A stretch of DNA of 62,542 nucleotides, counting the filler, from Platydemus manokwari (Eukaryota), in the NCBI GenBank assembly GCA_037951405.1. It is 5 parts of 5 records of this genome, joined end to end, with 100 filler letters (N's around TTAATTAATTAA, not from the genome) between each part and the next. Parts side by side here need not be neighbours in the genome. Positions count along the whole stretch, not along the records: positions 36,594 to 47,257 come from JBBMOY011114997.1; positions 47,358 to 62,542 come from JBBMOY011329205.1; 3 more parts are not named here. One strand, given 5' to 3'. Shown here in pieces: positions 41,582 to 54,130 of the stretch. The notes under the pieces were generated by a model. That model was not told the origin of the DNA, ran no database searches, and was given only the letters and a program-made list of their open reading frames with translations. The position numbers and the translations under genes are program-made. Position 1 is the stretch's first letter, and each line of letters begins with the position of its first letter.

Positions 41582-44201
41582 TCATGTTTCTGATTGGTCG
41601 GTATCTCTATTTGGACAGTCGTCTTTTTCTGGACTTTCTTGTACGAATGTCGACAGTTCTTCTTGTTCGGTGATTTGTTTGGCGTTGGAAATGAGTTCCA
41701 TGGCCGTCTGGTTGAGTTTTATGCTGCTTCGTAAATTCAGACTGCTCTGACTATCTTGAGACGATTGGGGATACTTTTTAAATGACATCCGTTTAGCGAG
41801 AATGTGGTTAATTGCGTTGCTTTCTTCGACGGTCATTACATCGTTCTCCTGAATCGGTTTCAAATTGACAACACATTGGAACAGATCTTGTTCTTTCGAC
41901 CATTTTCCAGATTTGAACATGTGATCAGTGAAGAGAGAAATCGCCACAATGAACACTAAAGAGATCAACATGGAAAACGTTTTAAAGGGAAACAGTTGTG
42001 TGTCGGAATCTTTATCGTAATACGGGTATTGAATTAAAGATGGCAAACCAATGGCCTTTTCACCGGCAGATAACCGGAGGAAAAAACCAATAATATATCC
42101 AGTGAGAGCCCCATAAGTATTAGATCGATTCAAATAAACCACACACACGAGTTGTGGGAAAATAATAACGTATACTAGGTCCGAGCAGAGATACCACAAT
42201 TCATAGATTGATTTTATTTTTATTCCCATCAAGCATGCCAATGCACCGATAAAGAAAACACTGATACGCATGATCCAAATTATCTGAAATTATAATTATT
42301 ATTTTATTATTATCATTATCATAATTATCACTAGTATTGCAATTATTATTGATAGTGATTACTATCATAATTATTATCAATATTATAACCTGTATTATTA
42401 TTCTCATTATTATTATTATCATTATTACTATTATTATTATCAAAATAATTTTATTGTCATCATTATTATAATTTTCATCATTAATGTGAGATATTTAAAA
42501 TGATTTAAATTTATTTGTTTAAATATTTGTATTTAAATAGATTTTTGGTGTCTTGACTTCCAGTTCGTTTCTAATGTTTGGATTTTCAAATAGTAGCGGC
42601 TAACATAGCGACCACGCATTTGGATTCGGTTCTGAAAAGATCAGCGACTGAAAATTATAGAAAAAAAGGAGGAAGATACTGAGACTATATTGAGAACCTA
42701 TAAAGAAGATATCAAGAAGTTGTAGAAGAGATAAAAAAGGGATATAAAGAAGAAATAAAAGAAGATATAATGAAAATCTAAAAGAAAATATTAAAAGATT
42801 GATTAATTAGATTTTCGTGTAATGAAATTTGTATAGTATTCGATACAGAGACAATTAAGAATATCAAAAATTTTAAAGAAAGAGGCATGTGAGATATTTA
42901 AAAAGAATTAAATTTTTAATGCAAATTTAATTCTAATTTAATATAAAATCATATTTATATAAAATTAATTTATTTGTTTAACTATTCGTATTTAAATAGA
43001 TTTTCGGTGTCTTGATTTTTCATTTCGTTTTTAATGCGTGGTTTCCCAAATAGTAGCGGCTAGCAATTAATATTATCGCAAGTATTATTATCATTATTAT
43101 AATTTTCATCTTTATTATTACCGAAATTACTTTTATTATCAGTACTATTATTATTATCATTATTATTACAATTGAAATAGGTCTTATAAGTTTTAATATT
43201 ATTCGTTATTAACCTGTTTATCATTAGCCGTTTGCCAAAATATTGACTTAACAACATTTCTGGCAAACATTGAAGCTGCTGATAGTATAGATGAGTCCGC
43301 TGAGGACATGACAGCTGCAGATACGGCTCCTAGTCCAATAAATGCCACCCATTTTGGACATAACCAATGCATGACTAAAGGTAGAACGTTTTTACTTTGC
43401 TCAGGCGATAGAGTACCGTTGACAATTTCTGAATATCCAGTAGCATTCCAATCTAAAAGTAATTCAACCATTCAGACCCTTTTTACCCTTAAGTTTAAGT
43501 ACATTTATTTTCCTAGATTCACCAAATCTATTTATGTTGATCATATTAATTTTCTCGTTTTTGTATTTAATGGTCTACAAGTTTTTAACCTTGGAATTTT
43601 TCTAATTATCTCATAACAGCACATTTAAACAATTGCACAATATCTTTCAATTTTTAAAAATGAAATTTTAATTTGAGAATAAATCTAAAAATAAATTTCA
43701 GTAGAAAATTTCATCCAAAATATATTATATTTTATAAACTATATTGCATTATTCTTTTTAATTAATTTTGTTCTCATATTTTAATAATTGTTTTTGGGAT
43801 TTTTCCACTATCGAATTATAATAATATGTACAATATTATGTTATGCTTTGTTGGGCAGTAACATTATTATTAATCAAAAATAATAATAATGATAATATTA
43901 TATATAAAATTAACAAACCCGTTGAAGCAGCCACTGCACCTATTAAAATCGCTGGTAAAGCCATTATCAGACAACCGAAAGAAGCTACAAAGCTTAATAC
44001 TTGTGCACGTTTGGCAGATCTACTAGACAGGACTCTTTGAAAATAGACTTGCCATGGTATTCCTCCCATGACCAGCATTAGGGCTGAGTCGATATACAAT
44101 GCTATATTGCTATTAGGTATTGCACTACCAATCCACCTGGGAGATGTTGATACGATTGACTGCACGTTATCATTTGTCATTGCAAAGGGGACAGCTAACC
44201 A
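41582..44201 (-). CDS. SLC5A7: High-affinity choline transporter 1 (sodium:solute symporter family), 3' three exons
   Basis: Phase-consistent exons 44201-43919 ([15 protein letters not shown]), 43452-43214 ([27 protein letters not shown]) and 42283-41582 ([32 protein letters not shown], stop). These are diagnostic CHT1 motifs. N-terminal exons were not found in the window. Confidence 0.95.
42485..43065 (+). mobile_element. TRIM-like miniature LTR retrotransposon, full copy in SLC5A7 intron (family A)
   Basis: 5' LTR 42485-42605 (TGTGAG...GGCTAACA), PBS TAGCGACCACG (42606-42616), AG-rich internal region, PPT AAAGAAAGAGG, and 3' LTR 42888-43065 (TGTGAG...GGCTAGCA). Perfect TSD ATTAA (42480-42484 and 43066-43070). 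Confidence 0.88.
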
Positions 44202-47200
44202 CTGAACGTAGGTGATTAAATATCATGATGTTAATAACAGACTTTTTATTATACATAATTATTATGCTCAGCATTCACTAAAAATTGATATCTAGTTATT
44301 TCTCTCATAAGTTGCAAAATATTTTAATTTAAAGAATTTTAATAATATTTCAATGAGCTCTCTCTAATATTTGAACTTCAAGTACAAGATTTTCTGAAAT
44401 ATTACACTTTAGTTGTGAAATGATTTTTAGCAGCCAAATCCGAGTCTCATTTCTTAAGCTAATTTACTAATTGGTTTCATGTTACGAGATTTAATTTTTG
44501 AAATAATTTACCTTTCTATTTGTTTTTATCCATCATTTTGCCCATGTCAAATCAAAAATTAAAAGGTCCAACATATAATAACTTTACTAATAAAATTTAT
44601 TATGATTTAGAATTAAATATAAACTATTTTTATGTTATTATACAATGTATTTAAAATCATATCAAATTACAGAGCACGGGATAATTTTATAATTTATTCT
44701 CTAAATATTACTATTATATAAATTTGGAAGAGATGAAAAATAGATATTATCAATCAAAATCTAGGCTTAAGTTACAAAATAGGATCCTAAAATAAAATTT
44801 AAAATTTGTGGAATTTATTGCAAAATTCTATATAATTTATTTAGTCATGTTCTTTAAAAGCATTTTGAATTTTTTTATTGAAGTTCACAAGAAGAATTTA
44901 TGTTTTAAATAAAATATTAAAAACTCTGTGCCTTCCAAATCACCTAAAATTTGATTATTTGAATAAAGGATCAAAGTAAAATTTCAATTTACTGAAAATT
45001 AGCGAGGACCCATTTTAGCATTAGAAGCATATTGAGAGGTATTCTCAATTTATATAATTGTTTTATAAAAATAAGCAATGATATTATTAAATGTATTTGT
45101 AGTGAACAAACTGGATTTTTAATTAAAAAATTTTAATTTAAAAACTCAAATAATCATAGGGATGTGTTTCAATTAGAATATGACCTTGGTTTTTAAATTT
45201 TTTTGTTTCTAATAGATATCCTAAAAAGTTAAATATTAACTGAATGATATGAATAAATTAAATATTGCAAGTATAAATAAAATTAAGTTATAAAATTATT
45301 ATTATTAAATTATGACCAAAAATTCATCATTACGAAATTATTGGTAACCATTAACAAAATAATTTAAACAAATAAATAAACTTATATAATATTTTTTATG
45401 TAAGTTTCAAAATCAAATTTCTCAATAAGCTATATTAACAATTTCGAAAATTATTTATCATCAAACCAATTTTTTAGCTGAATTTTTCCAGAATTTAAGA
45501 TGGAAATTCGAAAACAAATTTCCAATGAGTTTTCAAAGAATTCAATTAAACAAGCTATTGCCAATGCAACAATAAACCAGATTTCAACAAATAAACTAAT
45601 TACATTTTCAAATTACTAATTTCTCATAGAGTTGATTTCAATATTTTGTCGAAGAAATTTCGAGATAGTTCAGAACGAATGTGATTGGCTTAATAATTAA
45701 GAGATAAATAAATTATTTGACAAAAAGATCAAATATGGACCAAATAGTATTACATATTAACAAGAGCACATATGGATTAATAATATTCCGTGTGTATTTG
45801 GAGTGCTCTGTGCATCAAACTTGGCTTAAAGCAAGATTTCTTTTTTTGATTCACAGTTTTCATTCTCGGCAATGCAATTAATAAAACATTAATGAGTCAT
45901 TGTCATTTCATATCAATTTATTATTATTCAATACGATAGGTTATAAGAGTTGATTAAGTACTTCTTGGTTTGAATTGACCCGCGAGAATCATTGAATATT
46001 CGATTTGATGTCCGTTTTAATTCCGTTAACTAGATAGGATTACAAAATCGGTGCATTAAAGCACAAGATTTTTAGATTGACAATGATAACACAGAACGAA
46101 ATTATGAGAGAAATTAAAATGAAATGGTATTCCAATTAGTTCCTTAAAATATTAGCGATATTGGAGACATCAGTCGATCATTTAAACTCGATCGAAAGTT
46201 TAATTCCAACAGGTGAGTTTGAAAAATTACTTAACTGACACAATTTTTTTAAATATATAATTAAATATACTTAATTTATAGTTATACGCAACACCTCAAA
46301 GTTTTACTTATTCTCGTTCAAAAAATGAATGAAATTTGGTTAAAACAGGGCATGATTTATGTGTCAAAAACTGACAATCAAGCTGGATTATGTGATTGAT
46401 AGGCCCATAAAGATAATTTTTATAATTTAAAACTAAGATAATAATATAATATAGATAAAAATACAATGAGATAATGAATTCATAAATGAATAAGTTTAAA
46501 AAGGAAGCAATTTTGTTCAAAATATATTTCAGGGTAAAAATTCGCTTAGAAAAATTATCAGCAACTTAGTTTGATTTAAATAAAAGAATTATTTAGCCAT
46601 TTATTTTCAAATGAAATAGTAAATATTAAATTCCGTAAATAATGTATATTTTTGAATCATAATACTTATAATAAGCCTGTTTTAAGCTTTAATAATTTTT
46701 AATTTTAGTGTGACTAACTAAATTTTGATACAAAAGTCTTTATTATTAGCCTAAAATAAACATATTGCAAGAACCTTAAATTATTTCTTAGTTGAAGATC
46801 TAAGTCAGATTAAGATGACAGTAATGTCAAATATAAAATCCAACAAAATATAAAAGTATTATGACATATCTAACGAATTCTATTTATTCAAAGCCTCACA
46901 CTGCTGCAAATCAACCATGTGGGTACAAACTTTAAGTACTTGAGTCAATTATTTATACCTAAAATCAAAATTTTCAACTACTCGAATCAAAAGTCTTAAA
47001 TTGATGTTAATATTTTTATGCGACAATAAAATTTGATCCGCACACTAATGATTTTTTTACTTATTCGCGAAAAAATGAATTAGAACCTAGACAGATAAAA
47101 CTTAATTTATGCTTCCATAAAATAAAAAATTTCAAATTTAACTTTGTCATCACAAATAATTTGTTACTTCATAATTTTCTATTTTGTCTTTATGTCAGCA

Positions 47201-47357
47201 GAATTTTATTGTAAGATTAATTAAAGGTAATTTATTTTATTTGTTTGAATGTTAGTTNNNNNNNNNNNNNNNNNNNNNNNNNNNNNNNNNNNNNNNNNNN
47301 NTTAATTAATTAANNNNNNNNNNNNNNNNNNNNNNNNNNNNNNNNNNNNNNNNNNNN

Positions 47358-47467
47358 CGATTTGAATTGTTTTTTAGTTGTATAAGCTGCACATCATATT
47401 AGCTGCAATTCAAAAATGTTGCCGTTATGTACGTTTTAGCTGCAGCTTATACTCGGGATTTATAGTA
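47358..47467. mobile_element. Pogo/Tc2-like transposon end next to gap
   Basis: The reverse complement reads TA-CTATAAATCCCGAGTATAAGCTGCA, with repeated AGCTGCA subterminal motifs. This resembles TACCGTA...GAGTATAAGCCGCA-type ends. Confidence 0.5.
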
Positions 47468-48490
47468 TTAATTATAGTTTAGAAAATTCGATATTTGAAT
47501 ATTGCTTTTTATTAGAAAAGATAAGAAATTGAATCTGATGATGTAGAATTTAGGAAATAATCATTAATATTTATTATTTTTAAATAAAATCCGAGTATTA
47601 AACAAGAAAAAACAGTTGAAACAAATAATTGACAATGATAAAGCAAAAATATTTAATTAGATATAAAACGAATTGATGACTAAAACAGTGGTTTACAAAA
47701 AATGAAAGTGAAAATAAAGAAAAATACAATTTAAAATAAGGAAGGTGGTATTTTCCTTTATTATTTGCCATAACACTAATATTAACATTTATATGTGTGG
47801 GAAAACATAATTAGAAGGAATGATAACATCAATCTGGAAAACAAATTTCATAAACCACAAAAACGAAGAATTAAAACTCGTGAAGCAATTGGACGGCAAA
47901 TTGCTTCAAATGCTTCTGGTGTATTTTTAAATCATATATGAAGATCGATTATTAAATAATTTCATAAAATTTTAAGCCATTCAAAATTATAATTCTTATA
48001 ACGTGGTGAAGATATTTATTTATTATCTTATCAAAGAATTAATACCTTTTGCAGTAAAATACTTTTGGCACCATAATAGCTATGGTCACAGTTTCCTGTA
48101 TATCAGACTTATTGAAGTTAGCTTCAACATCATAGAATACTCTGAATGAATTTGGTTTTAAGAACGTGTTAACATGGTTTGGGATTTGAGGAAGTTACAC
48201 AAATACATATTTTAAAAATTCAAATAAATACGAGATGTATGATAATATTATAATATGAATCTTGATGACATAAGCATCATGACGTCATTGTAAGATTTAT
48301 TAGCGAATAGTATTTGACAATAAAACAATTACCAAATCGACAATCAATCATTCACGCAAACATACTCATACAAACATCAAGGGATCCACTGGTGAGACTT
48401 GCTTTTAGGTACCCTATCAAATTGAATTCAAATAAAAAAGTTTGAATTCGAGTTTGCATTGATACTCTTTATTATTTTTAATTTATAAAC

Positions 48491-48694
48491 TTAACCCTTG
48501 TGTGCATAAGCTGAATTTTTCAATATTTCAATTATCTTCTCTTTGTTTTTCAAGATATCGTTTAACGTTTGAGATTTCATATTATAAAGAGTAGCAATAT
48601 CGTTCCTCGTCATTTTCGGATGTTCTTCCACAAACTTAATAACGTTATATTTTTCGTCGTACATATTAGTTTGCAACTTGCGTTTTTCAGTCAA
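48491..48694 (-). mobile_element. Pogo/Tigger (CENP-B-like) transposase N-terminal HTH fragment
   Basis: KRKLQTNMYDEKYNVIKFVEEHPKMTRNDIATLYNMKSQTLNDILKNKEKI matches the CENP-B N-terminal/psq-type HTH pattern. No DDE domain follows. Confidence 0.75.
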
Positions 48695-51570
48695 TATGAA
48701 TGGATGAAATAATCACAAAAAAGTGTAATCCCGTAAAACTTATAAAACAATAGCAGATTTCAAAAATAAAGAAAACCCAAATTGTATAATTTTTAAACAT
48801 ATTAATTATTAAATTGATGATTACAATTGGTTAACATTATTATCAAATTTTTTATTAAAACTACTTATTGACAATGAATGTATATAATGTGTAGAAAATT
48901 ATCAATACATGCACATTTAAATACCAGTAACAATAGCTACGAGATAATCAACAATATCACATATTTCTACGATTTAAGTTGCAAAATTTACATGCATTAT
49001 ATTAAAGTAAAAATATGGACTTTTGAAAGCAGTATGACATACTTCTAAATTCGATGTGTATCGATCCAACTGAGACGAGTCAGACTTTATAATAAAATAC
49101 TACATAATATCATCTAATTTTAAAGAATTAATAAACCTTATTTTTTAAATTTACAAATCATTTGTTTTTTAGATTTTTATCCCGATCTATGTGATCAAAA
49201 TAATTGATATTTACATTTAAACCTAAAAACGTATTTATTTATTTATGTTTGCTTAAATTCGAAAAAATGCTTAGAAAATACAAGTACGTAACAAACATTA
49301 ATAATATCAAAAATCATTGAGTGACAAAAATAAATACGTTCAACATGGATTCCTAACGTAGACATACCACATACACTAAGTAGAATTTTTCCACTATTAA
49401 TATCCACGCGATTTCCTAATAGATTTCCTTTCCAATATTAATAAATCATGCAATAATTAAACCGCTATTTTAAGTGTCTATTTTCTGAAAATTCAAAAAC
49501 AGCTCGAGATAATTGGCATTATAAATGAATATTAGACGGTATGAAATGAAAATAGTTGAATCAGGCGTGAATCATTTATTCACATACTGTTGCATTGAAT
49601 CATATATGATTCATTGACAATAATAGTGTTCAAATAGTTAATCGATAATTGTGATTAAATACGGCAATTATTGCTTTCTTATTCTGTTTGTTAACTACTA
49701 AAAATTGTAATAATAAATACAATAATTATGGATGGAATAATAATAAAATGAAATGATAATAAATATTGTAAAAAGAACACTTCTTATCAATATGATAAAT
49801 CAACAAAACCGACTCGAATGAAAGATTTCAAAATACATATTTCATGATGACAAAGAAATAATCCAGTTGAATCCACCAAGACACACGAATTATTATTTAA
49901 AAAATTTTCTTCATCATGAATCACAACGACCAAATACGATCTCGTGAACTCAACCAATATGAGATATGGCATATATTAATCACATCTATTATTGATATGA
50001 ATAATAATCTCTTCTCATTATCGGATGGAGAATTGATAGGTTTTCTTCAGAAAATATCCAACAAAGAAGATTGAAATTTTATTTTTAAAAAAATTAACTC
50101 ATTTTCTTCATTAATTCATAATTCTTCATTGAAAGTCGCTTAATTTTATTAGAAATGTTGAAACATCGACAAAATCTATGTCAATGAGTTTAAAGCAAGA
50201 ACTTGATTTAAAAATTTTCTCCTGTTATATTCAAGCTTCCATCAAACGGTCTATTCAAAATGTCTTAATATTTTCAGCAATCTTTAATCCATTTGTTTTC
50301 ATAGATATCTAAGCAGTCCTTAACTTAAGAAAATTAATCCTATTTCAAAGTTGTCCTTATATAAAGTTCTTTATTTGATAGAAAATATAGCAAGTTTATC
50401 ATTGGATTTGAAATTTTGCTTTTAATATTATCTCGATTTTAAACATTTTTTCTTTTTAATCGGGTATCATATTTTATACATCTTTTCCTTTGATTTTTAT
50501 TTCAATTGAAGCTCTTTAATAGTTTATAATTTTCATTTGATTTTAGAAAAGTAACTGTCATTGAATTAAATGATTTTTTAAATTTACTAATTTACTTTTA
50601 TCAATATAGTATAACAAAAATAAAAATCTCTGAAATCATGCTAGTAAATGATATCTATAAATATTTCTTTATTTATGTTGGAAATATAAATATTGGTTTA
50701 AATAATTCGTTAATCAAAAATACAAATATCAGTTTTAATTTTAATCAAATAATCGAAATTGGAAATAAACTAAAATCTCATTGACTCGATTGTTTTGGAG
50801 AAAGCATCTTTACAGAAGAAATGACCACAAAATCAGGAAAATTGATATGTAAAATCAAACAACTCATTTCAATTTGGAAAAAAATAATGATTACTAAAAA
50901 CAGAAAAAATATTGGTGTAAATTGAAAACTAAAATTAAATTTTACTTACAATTAAATTTAAAATTTTTTTCAAATTTCAATTTATGATAAAACCTCACAA
51001 TTGAAAAACAGGAACGATTTCTGATTCACAGAAAACCTGTCCAAATGGATTCGATCTCAAATAAATAGCTATAGAAAACTGCAAGCAGTTGACAGGAGGA
51101 AGAAGCCTGGAAAACACGGTGAAATAAGGCTGAAAAACATGTTAATTTTCTGTTTGAATGATTTCAAGACACGAAAATTTCGTGTATTGTACCCCTTTTG
51201 AGATAAGGATTTGAATGAAGCAAAACATAAGTAATTATCAAGAATCGAGGAGCACAAAGATAAGCTCCAACATTCATCTACATTTTAAACGATAAATCAA
51301 AGTATGCAGATTATTCAGCATAAAGAAAAATTAGCATAAAATGATCCAATATAAAGCAAGAGACCCTCTGAAAAGGTGAAAAATAATAAAAGGCCTGTCA
51401 TAACACCAAATGAAGCTCTGGAATGTGTCAAGTAAGTAAAAAATAATTAAAAATTCTATATAAATAAACTTAGAAAAATTCTAAAATAAAATTATTAATA
51501 ATTTACTTAAATTAAAGAAAATAAATAAAAACATATGCAGAAACATTATATAAGAGTCCATTTTTGGGAA

Positions 51571-51720
51571 CAACTACCAGTCTTTTTGCTGGGTAACTCT
51601 TATTTTGTGTGACTTTTACGTGATTTTCTGACAACCAGTCTTGTTTGTTGTTTTCTGTTTCGCCGTTTAACTTTCGAGTACTGATCTCGCCTTGAGTTAT
51701 AGTTCATTGATTATTTTAGT
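51571..51720 (+). repeat. Dispersed repeat (LTR/5'-UTR-like), inverted copy at 53992-54130
   Basis: CCAGTCTTTTTG..GGTAACTCTTATT..GTGACTTTTA..GATTTTCTGA..CCAGTCTT...CCTTGAGTT is shared with the reverse complement of 53992-54130. Both copies have a TATAA-like box upstream. Confidence 0.7.
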
Positions 51721-53554
51721 TTTGTAATCTATTATAATTTTCAAATTTCAAACAATGACAGTAACATCAATATCGCAGAAGTTTCAAATGTAAGTCAGAG
51801 AAAGAAGAAGAAGGACCACACATGAATGTAAATGAAGACAACGAAAAAATTTCTGGCGATAAAGATGTCCTGATAAATGATCGGTCCAAGGTAGAATGAA
51901 TGGCTGAAATCCAGAATATGAGACTAAAAAGAGAAAAAAGGATATAATAAAGAAAACCACTAAAGCCGAGAATCTATGACACAGGCTCTTCTGAGACCCG
52001 AGTCAGTGCTCCAACCCAAATTGTTGTAGACAACTTGGATAACATTGCTTTGAAATAAATTGTGTCAAAATATAATTTCATTATGTTTATAGAAAAATTA
52101 TAATTAAAAATGCAATTTTAAAAATTTTATTAGATTAATTTATTTAATTAGATTCTTTTATAATAACGCTTAATTTTAAAAGATTATTTATTAAATTACT
52201 TTCAGCCGAATAATTCCAATATTAATGACAGAAAATCAATAAAAATTTCTAATTTGATTTCAAACTATCAGGCGTGTTCATAATACTTATTCCAAAATAC
52301 TTTAAACGAAATATTAGTCTACCTTAAATGAAATATATTTAACGTAGTTTTTTTTGCAATTAAATTTTCTACCTCTATACTTATAACAATTTCAATTTCC
52401 ACAGATAATATTTTTGAAATCATTGTCCCATGAATTGTGACCCTGTCTAAATGTCGACATTGATTCATATCAGTAAATCTTAATAAATGGCCACATTTTT
52501 GTTGAATGAAAAAATTTTCAACTTAAAACTTACAGCTATTCAATACAATAAAACTCGCTCACGATTACCGGAAATTTTAAAATATATATTCATCATATCT
52601 AACTTACTATTTTCTCTCCAAAATTGAATGGCACTGAGACACCAAATCAAACAGACATTGATATTTATTCAATACACTTGTTAAATGGATTGCTAAAAAA
52701 CCTTATGAACAATGTAAAGATTAAAGACCAAACTGGGCCACTAATTTTCGCTTAATAATCAAATTCCTATATACCAGTTTAGATTTTCAATTCTTTTCAT
52801 TAAAGATTCATTCCCAAAATGCGAGCTGTTAAATACAATTGTACTAACGTGTCTGAATTAGACTTCTCTAATTATTACTAAATGGATTTCCTGGTTCTCT
52901 AGCAGGACTGTCGTTGATATTTGCAATCAAACCTGGCACGATTGCAAGCTAATGCTATTCTATTATTTACCAGGGACATAAATTGTCATTACATTCCCCA
53001 TGGAGAACTATAATATATCAGGTTGTTTAAATTTTCAGACATTCCAGTGGTTTGTAAAATGATTTGAATCCAAATGTCATTTTATGAAATTCGATTTCGA
53101 TATTTTTCTCAGAATACTTTCTTACAATAATTTGAATTCAATACCATTAATCGATTTATTTTTGTTAATAATATTTTATATTTAAATGATATCTCGAAAG
53201 CAACTTATAAAATTGTATAAACGAAGAAAGAACGATTAATCAAACTAAAAGTACAAATACTAAGTCATGATAAGATCTCAATATTCAAATTTTAAGTTCA
53301 AAGACTTTCTTTAGTGTTATGGCTTTGGATAATTATCATATATTCTCTACTAAAAGCAACATGGTTACATGGGTTTGATTTTTAAAGAAATTTTATAAAC
53401 TGAATGATTCTAAATCCCTTACTAACAAGTATCTATATTATTAAATTCATAACTAACTTGTTTAATTGATATTTATGTTTTATTAATTAAATATTATGTC
53501 CTAAATTAGTTATTATGCTATTAATAATGTTGGTTTTATTAATAAAATTATATA

Positions 53555-53749
53555 CAGGATGTCCAAAAAGTTTCGATCAAATTTATAAGATAAAAGAATG
53601 GAAGTTTATAAAGAATGATGGATGAATTATTGTATTGTTGCATCAATGGTTAATTCATAGTTATCATTGTGCTCGTGGTTCTAATTCACCATACAATAAA
53701 ATTCATTGAAAACTTACATTCGTTTATCGTATCTTTTTTGGACACCCTT
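53555..53749. mobile_element. Tc1/mariner-type MITE (about 195 bp)
   Basis: TA-CAGGATGTCCAAAAAG...CTTTTTTGGACACCCTT-TA: imperfect TIRs with TA duplication and no coding capacity. Confidence 0.7.
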
Positions 53750-53991
53750 TATAATGCATCGAAAATGTCACAGATTGGAAAGAATGTACACACATGAGTA
53801 TCTATAATGGGTTTAAAAGAAAAACCATCATCAATAAGGATAGTCTTCTAGTATTTTTAATTGAATTTGAGATCAATAGCCATTCCAGAAATAGTAGAGC
53901 TCCTATTGTTAAGTTATTAACTGACATTGAATTAGGAAAATTGTAATTTAAATCCCAATGAATTATAAACTCAGGTCGTCGGGAAGACAAT

Positions 53992-54130
53992 TAAAAATCA
54001 CAAATAACCAACTCAAGGTGGGTTCAGCACTTGAAAGCTCAAAACAAAAGACAGCCACGAAGACTGGATATCAGAAAAATCCCATAAAAGTCACGCAGAA
54101 TAAGAGTTACCAACCAAAAAGACTGGGTTG
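53992..54130 (-). repeat. Inverted copy of the 51571-51720 repeat
   Basis: The reverse complement aligns by eye with 51571-51720. Confidence 0.7.
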
